A DNA stretch of 63,309 nucleotides, the filler included, from Candidatus Rokuibacteriota bacterium (lineage in GTDB: Bacteria > JAUVQV01 > DATDCY01): assembly GCA_031406795.1 (NCBI GenBank). It is 5 parts of 5 records of this genome, joined end to end, with 100 filler letters (N's around TTAATTAATTAA, not from the genome) between each part and the next. Parts side by side here need not be neighbours in the genome. Positions count along the whole stretch, not along the records: positions 50,663 to 63,309 come from JANOHV010000173.1; 4 more parts are not named here. The stretch is one strand, 5' to 3'. This document shows positions 50,663-61,500 of the stretch, piece by piece (position 1 is the stretch's first letter; every line of letters starts with the position of its first letter). The notes beneath the pieces are model-generated. The model did no database searches and was not told the DNA's origin. It was given only the letters and a program-made list of their open reading frames with translations. A program made the translations under genes and the position numbers.

Positions 50663-51291
50663 GCAACCGCTTCAAGAGCGCCGGGCTGCCGCTGATCGGC
50701 GACGACATCAAGAGCCAGGTCGGCGCGACCATCCTGCACCGCACGCTGGTCAACCTCTTTCTCGACCGCGGCATGCCCATCGACCGCACCTACCAGCTCA
50801 ACACCGGCGGCAACACCGACTTCCTGAACATGAAGGAGGAGGCCCGCCTGATCAGCAAGCGCCGCAGCAAGACCAACGCCGTGGTCTCCCAGATCGCCGC
50901 CCGCGGCCTCGAGATCAAGCCCGACGACGTCTACGTCGGCCCCTCGGACTACGTGCCCTGGCAGAAGGACAACAAGCTGTGCTTCCTGCGCATCGAGAGC
51001 CGCCACTTCGGCGACGTGCCGATGGAGCTGGAATGCCGCCTCTCGGTCGAGGACTCGCCCAACTCCGCCGGCGTGGTCATCGACGCGATCCGCTGTGCCA
51101 AGATCGCGCGCGACCGCGGCATCGGCGGCGTGCTCGAGGCCCCCAGCGCCTACTTCATGAAGACCCCGCCGAAGCAGCACCCCGATTCGCTCGCCTTCGC
51201 CATGGTCGAGCGCTTCGCGGCCGCGACCGCCGCCGCAAAGACGAAGAAGCCCGCGGCCAAACCGGTCGCCAGCAAGAAGGCTGGCAAGTAA
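50663..51291 (+). CDS. ino1: myo-inositol-1-phosphate synthase (5'-truncated)
   Basis: [35 protein letters not shown]. Confidence 0.92.
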
Positions 51292-51310
51292 CCCCGGGAC
51301 CGCGGACCTC

Positions 51311-52102
51311 GTGCGCATCCTCATCACCAACGACGACGGGATCGCCGCCCCGGGGATCGAAGCCCTGTGGCGGGCCGTGCGCGACCTCGGCGAGGTGACC
51401 GTCGTCGCCCCCGACAGCGAGCGCAGCGCCGTCGGGCATGCGATCACGCTGGCCGACCCGCTGCGGGTGGCCGACTACACCGGCCCGGGCGGACTGACCG
51501 GGCACGCGGTTTCCGGGACCCCGGCCGACTGCGTGAAGATTGCGGTGCGCGCCATCCTCGAACGCCCGCCTGACCTGGTGCTCTCCGGCATCAATCAGGG
51601 GGCCAACATGGGCACGAACCTGCTCTACTCCGGCACCGTCTCGGCCGCCACCGAGGCCGCGATGCTCGGCCTGCCCGCTGCGGCCTTCTCGCTCGCGGCC
51701 CGGCACTACCACGACTTCTCGGCCGCCGCGGCTTATGCGCGTCGGCTGGCCATCGAGATCGGCCGTCGCGGCCTGCCGCGCGGCGTTTCGCTCAATGTGA
51801 ACATCCCTCCCCTCCCGGCCGCCGAGATCCGCGGCGCCGTCCAGACGCGACAGGGGCGCGTGCGCGTCCTCGAGTCGTTCGACCGGCGCAACGACCCGCG
51901 GGACCGTCATTACTACTGGATGGTCAGTGAACGGCTCGAGGACCAGGCCGACGCCGGTTCGAGGCTCGACGACGCGGTGGTTTCGGCCGGGTTCATCTCG
52001 GTCACCCCCATCAACTTCGACCTCACCGACGAGGCGATGTTCGCCACCCTCGGCGGGTGGGATCTCGACCCGGGAACTTTTCCCGGGGAGCGGAATCTAT
52101 AG
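51311..52102 (+). CDS. surE: 5'/3'-nucleotidase SurE
   Basis: ILITNDDG, GTPADCV, SGINQGAN, YSGTV. Confidence 0.95.
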   Translation: MRILITNDDGIAAPGIEALWRAVRDLGEVTVVAPDSERSAVGHAITLADPLRVADYTGPGGLTGHAVSGTPADCVKIAVRAILERPPDLVLSGINQGANMGTNLLYSGTVSAATEAAMLGLPAAAFSLAARHYHDFSAAAAYARRLAIEIGRRGLPRGVSLNVNIPPLPAAEIRGAVQTRQGRVRVLESFDRRNDPRDRHYYWMVSERLEDQADAGSRLDDAVVSAGFISVTPINFDLTDEAMFATLGGWDLDPGTFPGERNL

Positions 52103-52376
52103 TGGTGTACCCTCCCTACCCTACCCCAGGGGGGCCGGAGAGAAGGAGTGAGGCTCTCCGGTCCCCCACCCTAACGAAAACGGCGAGACGAGGCGCTTTT
52201 CCTGCTCTGCTGCCGCGGGGGCTCGCCGATTTCGTTCGGCGCGCGGTACCGACCGCGCCCCGGGAGTTCGGACGGATCGCTTTGCTCCCGCCGGCTTTCC
52301 CCCCCGGGGGAGGGGGACAATGAGCGATTCCCGGGCGATGGCTTGCCCGCTGCTGATTCCGTAAACCGAGGCGCTT

Positions 52377-53171
52377 ATGAGCAAGAACGACCCTGAGCGC
52401 GCGTACCTCGATGTTGCGGTGCGGGCTTGCCGCGCGGCCGGGCGGATCCAGCGTGCCGCCTTCGGCGGGGTGCAGCGGGTCGAGCACAAGGGGGAGATCG
52501 ACCTCGTCACGGCGATCGACCGAGCTTGCGAAAAGAGGATCCTTTCGATTATCGGCCGCGCATTCCCCGGGCACGGGGTCCTCGCCGAGGAGAGCGACCC
52601 GCGCGCCGGGGACGCCGAGCACCTCTGGGTCGTCGATCCGCTCGACGGGACGACCAACTACTCCCGGGGCTTCCCGTATTTCTGCGTCTCGGTGGCGCTC
52701 GCCCGCGCCGGGCGCGTGATCGTCGCGGCCGTCTACCAGCCGCTGCTTGACGAACTGTTCACCGCTATCCGCGGAAAGGGGGCCTTCCTCAACGGCCGGC
52801 GCCTGCGGGTGTCGGAGCAGGCGCGGCTCGATCAGGCGTTCCTGGCCACCGGGTTCCCCTACGACATCCGCCGCGGCCGCCGCACCAACATCGACCACTT
52901 CACCAACCTCGTCACCCGCTGCCTGGCCATCCGCCGGGCCGGTGCCGCAGCCCTCGACCTGGCGTACGTCGCGGCCGGGCGCTTCGACGGGTTCTGGGAG
53001 CTCAAACTGCGACCCTGGGACATCGCAGCCGCCTCGCTGCTGATCGAGGAGGCCGGCGGTCGGGTCACCGGGTTCGCGGGGCGCCCCTGGCGTCTGCCGG
53101 TGCGCGACATCATCGCCTCGAACGGACGGGTGCACGCCGAACTGCTCGCCGTTCTCCGTCACGGCCGCTGA
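52377..53171 (+). CDS. suhB: inositol monophosphatase family protein
   Basis: WVVDPLDGTTNY, WDIAAA. Confidence 0.92.
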   Translation: MSKNDPERAYLDVAVRACRAAGRIQRAAFGGVQRVEHKGEIDLVTAIDRACEKRILSIIGRAFPGHGVLAEESDPRAGDAEHLWVVDPLDGTTNYSRGFPYFCVSVALARAGRVIVAAVYQPLLDELFTAIRGKGAFLNGRRLRVSEQARLDQAFLATGFPYDIRRGRRTNIDHFTNLVTRCLAIRRAGAAALDLAYVAAGRFDGFWELKLRPWDIAAASLLIEEAGGRVTGFAGRPWRLPVRDIIASNGRVHAELLAVLRHGR

Positions 53172-53319
53172 AAAGGACCCGTCTGCGGCGGTGCCGACCC
53201 TGCCACCTGCGAGCGCAGCGAGTGGGTGGGGCCTGCGGCGGGCACGAGCCCGCCTCAGTCACCGCTTCGGGGGGGCTGCCTTGCATACGGATCCTTTTGA
53301 ACAGCCTCTCCGCTACCGT
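53160..53319 (-). repeat. MITE/REP-like repeat family A (inverted copy)
   Basis: Reverse complement ACGGTAGCGGAGAGGCTGTTCAAAAGGATCC..TGCAAGGC..GAGGCGGGCTCGTGCCCGCCGCA..CGCCGCAGACGGGTCCTTTTCAG. Confidence 0.8.
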
Positions 53320-53380
53320 CATGTACATTGGCGAAGCGGCTGGAGCGTCACTGAGGGAAGATACGCGGAGCCGCGGCCCG

Positions 53381-54373
53381 CTAGCCCCCTATTTGGCACA
53401 TGGTGCGGATGTAGGTCCCGTTCCCGTTCCCGCTGGGCAACAGATCGTGGGAAGGAGGCTTGAGCCGGATCGCCTCGCGGAACAGCGCGACCAGCCCTTC
53501 GCCCCGGACGCCGTCGCGGTAGGGGGTCTTCACGTCGACGCCGATGCGGTCGGTCAGCAGGCACGTGCGCACCCAGCCGTCCGCGGTGAGCCGGATGCGG
53601 TTGCAGCTGGCGCAGAAGTGCTGCGAGAGCGGGCTGATGAAGCCGACCGTCCCGACCGCACCCGGGATGCGCCAGTAGTGCGCCGGGCCGCGCCCCTGCG
53701 GCGCGACGGGCGACTCCTCGAGACCGAAGCGGGCGGCGATCCGGGTGCGCAGTTCGGCGCTCGGGATGTAGCTCCGCTCCCGCTGGAGGTCGGAGTTGCC
53801 GACCGGCATGAATTCGATGAAACGCACGTGCCGGGGCCGCTCGATCGTGAGACGGGCCATGTCTTCGATCTCGTCGTCGTTGATCCCCGGTATGACCACC
53901 ATGTTGATCTTCACCGGCTCGAGACCCGCGGCCTCGGCGGCCTGAATCCCGGCGAACACCTGCTCCGGGTCGCCCCCGCGGCAGATGCGCCGGTAGCGTT
54001 CGGGGCGCAGGGTGTCGAGGCTGACATTCACCCGGAGCAGTCCCGCCTCCCGCAGCTCCCCGGCAAACCTTGGCAGAAGCAGGGCGTTGGTGGTCATCGA
54101 GAGATCGTCGACACCCGGCAGGCGCGCGAGGCGTCGCACCAGGTCGACGATGCCGCCGCGCACCAGGGGTTCCCCGCCGGTGACGCGGATGCCCCGCAGG
54201 CCGAGCGGGCCGGCGACCGCACCGAGGATCCCCGCGATTTCGTCGAAGGAGAGGATTTCCCGGTGCGGCAGCATGCGGATGCCCGACTCCGGCATACAGT
54301 ACATGCAGCGCAGGTTGCAGCGATCGGTGACCGAGAGACGCAGATAGGAGACGACCCGGGTATCCTCGGACAT
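53381..54373 (-). CDS. moaA: GTP 3',8-cyclase MoaA
   Basis: YLRLSVTDRCNLRCMYC, FCASCNRIRLTADG, C-terminal IGG. Confidence 0.95.
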   Translation of the reverse strand: MSEDTRVVSYLRLSVTDRCNLRCMYCMPESGIRMLPHREILSFDEIAGILGAVAGPLGLRGIRVTGGEPLVRGGIVDLVRRLARLPGVDDLSMTTNALLLPRFAGELREAGLLRVNVSLDTLRPERYRRICRGGDPEQVFAGIQAAEAAGLEPVKINMVVIPGINDDEIEDMARLTIERPRHVRFIEFMPVGNSDLQRERSYIPSAELRTRIAARFGLEESPVAPQGRGPAHYWRIPGAVGTVGFISPLSQHFCASCNRIRLTADGWVRTCLLTDRIGVDVKTPYRDGVRGEGLVALFREAIRLKPPSHDLLPSGNGNGTYIRTMCQIGG

Positions 54374-54375
54374 CT

Positions 54376-54885
54376 CTAGAGCCGGCGGCCGGGACGGCGC
54401 ACGGCACCGGACTTGCCGCCGCGCTTCTCGAGCAGGCGCACATCCCGGATCGTCATCCAGCGATCCACCGCCTTGCACATGTCGTAGACGGTGAGCGCCG
54501 CGACGGCCGCCGCGGTCATCGCCTCCATCTCGACGCCGGTCTGCCCGGAGCAACGCGCAACCGCGAGGATGCGCACCGCGGTCTTGCCCTGCGCCGCCGG
54601 ACGCGCGTCGAAGGTGACGTCGACCTGGGAGAGCAGCAGCGGGTGGCAAAGCGGGATCAGGTCCGGGGTGCGCTTGGCGGCCATGATGCCGGCCAGGCGG
54701 GCCGCCCCCAGCACGTCTCCCTTGGCCGCTTTCCCGGCCGCCGCGAGCGCCCAGGTCGCCGCGTCCATCACGACGGTCGCCTCGGCGACGGCCTCCCGCG
54801 ACGTCTCGAGCTTGCCGGTGACATCGACCATCTTCGCCCGGCCGCCGGCATCGAGATGGCTGAGTTTTCGGGACGGGCGCTTCAC
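54376..54885 (-). CDS. moaC: cyclic pyranopterin monophosphate synthase MoaC
   Basis: MVDV, KGDVL, LIPLCHP, TGVEMEA, YDMCKA. Confidence 0.95.
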   Translation of the reverse strand: MKRPSRKLSHLDAGGRAKMVDVTGKLETSREAVAEATVVMDAATWALAAAGKAAKGDVLGAARLAGIMAAKRTPDLIPLCHPLLLSQVDVTFDARPAAQGKTAVRILAVARCSGQTGVEMEAMTAAAVAALTVYDMCKAVDRWMTIRDVRLLEKRGGKSGAVRRPGRRL

Positions 54886-55316
54886 GGATGCGTCTCCAGC
54901 CAGACGGCCCCGTCGGGGGCGTGCTCCTTCTTCCATATCGGCACCACCTTCTTCAGTTCTTCGATGCACCAGGAGCAACCTTCGAAAGCCGCGGCACGGT
55001 GCTCGGCGGCGGCGGCGATGAGCACGATGTCGTCGCCCGGCGCCAGTTCGCCGACGCGGTGGATCAGAATGAGGTCGATCAGGCCGAACCGGCGGAGGGC
55101 GGTATCCCGAAGTTCCGCCAGCGTGGCTTCAGCCATCCCGGGGAAATGCTCGAAGAGAATCTTCGTCACCCCATGGCCCTGCGAGAACTCCCGCACGACG
55201 CCGACGAAGAGCACCACTCCCCCGATGCGCCGGGACGCCGCCTTGAGCCGCTCCAGTTCGGCGCCGGTGTCGAAGGGTTCGCGCTGGACGCGGACCTTGC
55301 CGTCGAGCGGCTCCAT
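54882..55316 (-). CDS. moaE: molybdopterin synthase large subunit MoaE
   Basis: HRVG, HRAAAF, PIWKKE. Confidence 0.93.
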   Translation of the reverse strand: MEPLDGKVRVQREPFDTGAELERLKAASRRIGGVVLFVGVVREFSQGHGVTKILFEHFPGMAEATLAELRDTALRRFGLIDLILIHRVGELAPGDDIVLIAAAAEHRAAAFEGCSWCIEELKKVVPIWKKEHAPDGAVWLETHP

Positions 55317-55327
55317 GCCCTCCCGCC

Positions 55328-55582
55328 CTACCCGCCCGTCACCGGCGGGAACAGGGCGACTTCGTCCCCGTCCCTGAGCACGGTGTCCACAGCCGCATAC
55401 TCGCGATTCACGGCGACCAGCAGCGTCCCGCCGCGCAGAAAAGCGCCGAGCGCGGGGACGCGGTCGGCGAGCAGCCCGCGCACGCAACCGACGGTCGGCC
55501 CGGCGTCCTCGAGGGAGAGAACCTCCGAGTCGCACCCCATCCGCTCGCGCAGCAGGGCGAAATACCTCACGGTTATCTTCAT
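55328..55582 (-). CDS. moaD: molybdopterin synthase sulfur carrier MoaD
   Basis: YFALLRE, AVN, FPPVTGG. Confidence 0.93.
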   Translation of the reverse strand: MKITVRYFALLRERMGCDSEVLSLEDAGPTVGCVRGLLADRVPALGAFLRGGTLLVAVNREYAAVDTVLRDGDEVALFPPVTGG

Positions 55583-55639
55583 CGCAGCGCCCATTCTACC
55601 ATGCGCCAGATGGTACCGTGGAATACACGACCGGTTACG

Positions 55640-55771
55640 TCGCGGAGAGGGTGCTCAAAAGGGTCCAGGTGCAAGGCGCACGCCGATCCGACGACTGAGG
55701 CAGGCTGGTGCCTGCCGCAGGGAGTGGGGAGGTGTGCAACGCCGCAGATGGGCCCTTTTCAGCGCCCGTTA
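55640..55771. repeat. MITE/REP-like repeat family A
   Basis: GCGGAGAGGGTGCTCAAAAGGGTCCAGGTGCAAGGCG..CAACGCCGCAGATGGGCCCTTTTCAGCGCCCGTTA. Confidence 0.85.
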
Positions 55772-56167
55772 CTCGGGGCTGATGCCGGCGGCGTGCATTG
55801 CCGCGCGGGTGCGCTCCAGGCCTCCCTGATTGTCGGCCTTCTCGAAGGCGCGATAGGCGAACCAGAGCATGCCCGCCGTCAAAGCCGTCTCGCCGATGGC
55901 GACCCACTCGGCCGAGGTCGCCGTTTTCCCCAGGGCCTTGAGCGCCGGAACGAGGCTGAAGGTGTCCCCCGCGAGGCGCGCGGCTTCTTCGACGCGCGCG
56001 AGACCCGCGCTGTCGCCGGCCATCGCGAAGGACTCGAGCGCGCTGTCCAGCAGCCCGGCCTCGAGGAAGACCCGGCCGTGAGCGCTCAGCGCCGCCGGAT
56101 CTGGTTTTGTCGCGAAAAGCAGCTCGCGCCGCCCGTAAAATCCCGGAATCGATCCCTGTGTGCCCAC
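55769..56167 (-). CDS. hypothetical helical-repeat protein
   Basis: Plausible codon usage; TPR-like helices. Confidence 0.55.
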   Translation of the reverse strand: MGTQGSIPGFYGRRELLFATKPDPAALSAHGRVFLEAGLLDSALESFAMAGDSAGLARVEEAARLAGDTFSLVPALKALGKTATSAEWVAIGETALTAGMLWFAYRAFEKADNQGGLERTRAAMHAAGISPE

Positions 56168-56243
56168 GGCGCCATCCTCCCCGACGATTATTGCCCGCTA
56201 CGATACCACACCCGGCGGCGGCGAGGGGTGCGTCGAGGCCCTC

Positions 56244-57614
56244 TCATTCCATGTGCGCCAGCGCGGCGTCGATCCGCGCCGACCAGGTCGCGTCGGCACC
56301 AAGCCGTTCGCGCGCGCGCCGGTAGCTCGCGAGCGCCCCGGCGTAATCCCCGCGCAAGCCCGCGGCCCGCGCGAAATGGAAGTCCGCCTCGCCGAGACGC
56401 TCGGTGCCGCTGAGCGCCAGCGCGTACTGATAGTGGGCCTCGGCGAGCGGCGGCCCGAGTTCGGTGGCACGCGCGTACCGCTCCAGCGCTTCGGCGTCCC
56501 GACCCTCGGCGCGGGCGATCTCCCCGAGGGCGAACCAGGCGTAGGCACTGGCGGCGCCGCCCGGGAGCTTCAGCGCCCGTCCGAGTTCGGCGCGCGCGCC
56601 GGGGGCGTCCCCGAGCGCCCAGAGCGCCAGTCCGAGATCGATCGCGTACCGAGCCTCCCCGGGCGCCAGATCGACCGCGCGGCGAAATTGCCCGGCGGCC
56701 GCGACCGGGTCGCCGCGGCGGGCGTGGACGACCCCGAGCAGATCGAGATCGAGCGCGGCTCCGGACAGCGCCCGGCCGCCGAACTCGCGCAACGCGCGGG
56801 CCGGCTCGTCGATGGCGAGCAGAATCGCCCGGACGCGATCCCAGGCGGGGTCCCCGCCCGGCCGATAGATTTCGCCGGGGGGCAGGCCGAGGCCGTTCTG
56901 AAGCGCGCCAATGCGCGAGGGGGTGAGCGGGTGGGTGCGCAGCGATTCGGGAACGTCGGAGGGCATGAAGCGCTCTCCGGCTTCGATCAGCCGCAGCGCC
57001 CCGAGCAGGCCGCGGGGGTCGTACGAAGTCCGGCGCAGATAAATCATCGAGAGCCGGTCCGCCTCTTCCTCCATTTCGCGGGAGAACGCCAGCTGGTAGG
57101 ACTCGAGCAGCGCAAGCGCTCCGGCGAAAACCGCGGGGTTGCCCCCGGACAGGATGATCGCCGCAATTGCCGGGATCGTGCCGAGCGAGGCGCTGCGCGA
57201 GAGCCGCTCGTAGTGGCCGGCCTGGACGTGGGCGATCTCGTGGGCGAGGACACCGGCCAGTTCGCTCGACGAGCGCATCGCCGCCAGCTGCCCGGTGAAG
57301 AAGAAGATGTCCCCGGTCGGCGAGGTGAACGCGTTGAGGACCGGCTTGTCGATGATGTAGTAGTGAAAGGCCTCCACGGGCGCCCCGACCGCCGCCGCGA
57401 TGTCCCCGCCGGTGCGGCGCAGCATGTCGAGCACCTCGGCGTCCCAGAGCAGCGGAAACGCCGCGCCGATGCTGGTCACCCGCTGCTGGCGGGTGAGGAT
57501 GTCGCGCTCCTCGGTGGTGCTCTCGCGCCGCGGCGCGCCGTCCGTCGCGCAGGCGGCAGACGCCAGCACCGCGCACAGGGCGGCGCCGCGGCAGACCCGG
57601 CGCACCGTCGTCAT
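56244..57614 (-). CDS. M48 metalloprotease with TPR repeats (BepA-like lipoprotein)
   Basis: LNAF, AHEIAH, SREMEEEAD, THP; lipobox-like ASAC. Confidence 0.9.
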   Translation of the reverse strand: MTTVRRVCRGAALCAVLASAACATDGAPRRESTTEERDILTRQQRVTSIGAAFPLLWDAEVLDMLRRTGGDIAAAVGAPVEAFHYYIIDKPVLNAFTSPTGDIFFFTGQLAAMRSSSELAGVLAHEIAHVQAGHYERLSRSASLGTIPAIAAIILSGGNPAVFAGALALLESYQLAFSREMEEEADRLSMIYLRRTSYDPRGLLGALRLIEAGERFMPSDVPESLRTHPLTPSRIGALQNGLGLPPGEIYRPGGDPAWDRVRAILLAIDEPARALREFGGRALSGAALDLDLLGVVHARRGDPVAAAGQFRRAVDLAPGEARYAIDLGLALWALGDAPGARAELGRALKLPGGAASAYAWFALGEIARAEGRDAEALERYARATELGPPLAEAHYQYALALSGTERLGEADFHFARAAGLRGDYAGALASYRRARERLGADATWSARIDAALAHME

Positions 57615-58291
57615 CGCTTTCCCGCGACTTCCTGGTCGAATCGGGCGAAAAACGCCGCCGCGAAGGCGGCGCGATCGTCGGCCATGCGCCTGCCCGCCGC
57701 CGTCAGCAGCCGCGCGGGCAGATGGCGCAGCTTGACGAGCCACTCGCGCGTCGCGGTGTCCCCAGGGCTATAGGCCTTCGCTCGACGGGCCGCGGCCGGC
57801 GAGTTGTGCAGCCGGGAGCCGATCTCCCCGGCGAAGAGAAAGGCCCGGCCGACCCCGACCGCGCCGAGAGAGTCGAGTTTGTCGGCGTCGAAGAGCAGCT
57901 TCGCTTCGCGGCTCACGGGACGGGCCGCCCCCCGGAAGCGATGGGAACGCACGCACTCCGCGACGTGAGAGGCGCACCGGGCGTCGGCGCCGAGCCGCAG
58001 GAGGATCTCCCGGGACATGGCCGCCCCGGTCGCGGCGTGGCAGTTCGCTCCGGCGTCCGCGTCCTCGCGGGCGCGGCCGATGTCGTGCAGCAGCGCCGCG
58101 AGGGCGAGCACCCGCTCGTCGGCGCCGCTCTCGGCGCCGAGCCGCAACGCGAGCGCGAGCACCCGCTCGACGTGATCGAAACCGTGACTGCCGCGCCCGG
58201 CAGCCATCAGCCGCTTCGCCTCGCGACGCACGGCGCGCACGAGCGGGTCGCGCAGCACGGCGCCCGACGACGCCACCGCAAGCTGCGCCAC
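57611..58291 (-). CDS. HD-domain hydrolase
   Basis: HGFDH, LLHDIG, HRF, DADKLD. Confidence 0.9.
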   Translation of the reverse strand: MAQLAVASSGAVLRDPLVRAVRREAKRLMAAGRGSHGFDHVERVLALALRLGAESGADERVLALAALLHDIGRAREDADAGANCHAATGAAMSREILLRLGADARCASHVAECVRSHRFRGAARPVSREAKLLFDADKLDSLGAVGVGRAFLFAGEIGSRLHNSPAAARRAKAYSPGDTATREWLVKLRHLPARLLTAAGRRMADDRAAFAAAFFARFDQEVAGKR

Positions 58292-58301
58292 CGGAGCCCG
58301 T

Positions 58302-58382
58302 CTAGGCGCCGTTCAAGCCGAGAGCGGCGACGGCGTTATCCGCAATGAGCTTGACGGCGTCCTGAATCGATGGCTGTTTCAC
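58302..58382 (-). CDS. candidate 26-aa leaderless small protein
   Basis: MKQPSIQDAVKLIADNAVAALGLNGA; TTGCGA-17-TACAAT ends 6 nt before the GTG. Confidence 0.35.
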   Translation of the reverse strand: MKQPSIQDAVKLIADNAVAALGLNGA

Positions 58383-58507
58383 GCACGGATTGTAGTACAC
58401 GGCAGGGGTCCTCGCAACGACGCGACACCGGACTGTGCAAGCTGCAGAGGCCTTTCGCTGCGGACCTCACCCCCCGCGCCGGCGGCGTCTCGGACTGTCG
58501 TAAACCG

Positions 58508-61500
58508 TCAGAACCGTACCGGCTGGGCTGTCCGCGCGCGCTCCCGGAGCGTCTCGAGCCAGCCCGGCCCCGAGAGGGCGCGCGCCAGTTCGACGGCGAT
58601 GTGGCGCGGTTCGACGCCGAGGTCGCGATTGCGGCCGAGGCCGGTCAGGCAGGATGGGCAGTTGGTCAGCAGCACGGCGGTGCCCCGCCGGCCGGTGCGG
58701 GCTTCGGCGAGCGCCGCGCGTTTCCGGTGCAGCATGGCGCCCGTGATGTCCGGCCGCGAAAGAGCGAGCGTCCCGGCCTCCGAGCAGCAGTGCGGCACCA
58801 CGACGATGGTGGCGCCCGCGGCGGCGAGGAGCGCGGCCCCGCGGCCGTCGAGCGAGTCGTGGCAGGGGGTGTGATAAAGAAAATCACCGTCGATCGCAAC
58901 GGGCGCGCCGAGATCCAGTGCCAGCCGCGGCGCATCCGTCACCGCGCAACCGAACACCTTGCCGACCTCCAGCGCGACAAGCGACTCGCGGCAGGTGCCG
59001 CAGGTGACGGCCACCGCGTCGAAGGCCAGGTGGCTGAACATCTCGCGGATCTGCGCGAAGAGGATAGCGTCGCGCAGCGAAATGCGCCCGTGCATCTCGG
59101 TGCGCGCGTTGGCGTAGGCCGGAAAGCCGCAGCAGAGGTACGGGGGCGGCAGCACCACCCGCGCCCCGCGCGCCAGCAGCAGATGCAGCGCGGCGAGCCC
59201 GACCGAGCCATAGAGCCGCTCGGAGCCGCACCCGGGGAAATAGAAGACCGTCGCCCGCGCCGCGCCCTCCGGCTCGAACACCAGCGCCTGGTCCGGTTCG
59301 CAGCGGGGAAGAACGTCGCGCAACCCGATCGGGTCGGGGGGGGGCAGCGGCGAGCCGAAGAGCGAGCCGCGCCCCGCGCCGGCCGGTTTTCGCAGCGGCC
59401 GCACCGCGCGCGCGACGAGGCGCTGGGTGGCGCCGCCGGCGCCGAGCACCACCGCGCCGAACAGGCGGATGGCCGGCGGCGAGATGCTCTCGAGGTAACC
59501 GAGGGTCGCCCGGGTCGCCAGCGCCGTGTGCTTGAAGCCGTGGGCGGTGAGGATTTCGCGCTCGAGAATCGAGACCTCCCCGGTATCGATGCCCACCGGG
59601 CAGGGCTTGAGGCACTTGTGGCAGAGCGTGCAGTGGTCGGCGAGTTGCTCGAGATTGCGCAGCAACTCGAAGGCGCCGCCGCGCTCGCGCTGCGCGTCGT
59701 AGAGCAGGGCCTCGACCAGTGCGCCGATCGCCAGGTTCTTGTTGCGCGGGTGGTAGAACAGGCCGCCGCCCGGGTAGAAGACACAGCAATCCGGCTTGCA
59801 CTTGCCGCAGCGCACGCAGTGGGCGATCCGGAGCGCCAGGTCTTCGAGCAGGCCGTGCTTCAGGATCCGCGCCTCGAGTTCGAGCAGGTTGAACGAAGGG
59901 GTGAAGATCAGTTCGAGCGCCGCCAGGTCCTCGAGCTTGCCCGGGTTCATCAGTCCCCCGGGGTCGGCGACGCGCCGGTAGGCCGCGAGGGCCGCGCGCA
60001 ACGAGGGGGCGAGGTACTTGAGCTTGGTGACGCCGATGCCGTGCTCTCCCGAGCAGACGCCGCCGAGCGCGGCGGTCTTCTCCATCAACCGGTCGACTGC
60101 GGCCTCGGCGCGGCGGAGCATCGGCCGGTCGTTCGACATGACCGGAATGTTCACGTGCACGTTGCCGTCGCCGGCGTGCATGTGCGTGGCCAGCACGACC
60201 AGCCGCGAGCGCACGAAGCCCACGATCCCCTCGATCCCCGCGGCGAGGGCCGGGTAGCCGCGCACCAGCTCGCGCAACTGCGCGAGCAGTCCCTCGATCG
60301 CCGTGCCGCCGCGCATCGCCTCGGCGCCCTCCCAGGAGAGCGCCTCGAGCGTCTCCTCGCACAGGTCGAGGGCGCGGGTGATCTTGCCGTCGGCCCACCG
60401 CGGGTCCTCCTGGGGCGGCGCCGCCTCGAAGTAATCGCGCAGCCGCCGGACCAGCTCGCCGAGGTTCTCGCGCTCCTCCTCGAGGTTCACCGCGTCGACC
60501 CAGCGGGAGAACTCCGCGAGAGCCTCGAGCGGGAGCACGACGTCCTCGTTGAGCTTGAAGGCATTCGTGCGCGCCGCGATCGCGCCGAGCCGCTTGCGGT
60601 CGGCCCAGAAGCGCTTCGCCTCGATCGCGTCGCGCGCGACCGCGACCTCGGTGTTGGCGTGGCGCTCGAGGATGGCGCGGATCGTCGCGACCGCGCGCCT
60701 GAGCTGGGCGTCGTCGTGCCCGACGACGTCGACGAGCAGCACCGCCTTGGGCGTCCCGGCCCGCGCCGCCTTCACACGGTAGTCGATGGCCCGCACGTAC
60801 TGACCGTCGAAGTGCTCGAGCGCCTCCAGCGCCTCGCCCCCCCCGTCGGGGAAGGCGCGCACCAACTCGAGGATCACCTCGCTCGCCTCGTCCATGTCGT
60901 CGCCGAAGAACTCCAGGCACAGGGTGGCCGCGGCCTCGTACTGCGGGTGCAGGACGAACTCCGCGGCGGTGATGACGCCGTCGGTCCCCTCCTTCTGGAG
61001 TCCCGGCACGCCGCCGAGCGCCTTGTTCGTGATGTCCTTCCAGAGCCCGGCACAGCGGATTTCGCCGGCGGGCAGCGCGATCGTGCGCACCTCGCTCCCC
61101 GCTGCGTCCTCGACGCGCCAGCGCACCGTGTCCCCCGGCAGGATCTTGCGCAGCGGGTGGTCGAGCCGCCGCACGGTGAACGAGCCGCCCGGCATCGCGA
61201 TGCTCCAGGCCAGCAGGTTGTCGATGCAGGTCCCGTAGCGCACCGCGGTCTTGCCCCCGGCGTTCTCGGAGATGTTGCCGCCGATGGTGCAGGCCCAGGC
61301 GCTCGTCGGGTCGGTCGCGAAGACCAGCCCGCGCTCGGCGGCGGCCTCCATCGCGCGTTCGGTGACCACGCCGGCCTCCAGTATCATGACCTGCGCCCGC
61401 ACCGGGCGACCATCCGGGAGCGTAAAGTCGCGCGCCTCGATCCCGCGGATCCGATCGAGCCGCTCGGTGTTCACGATGACGCACCCTGCCTGCAGCGGCA

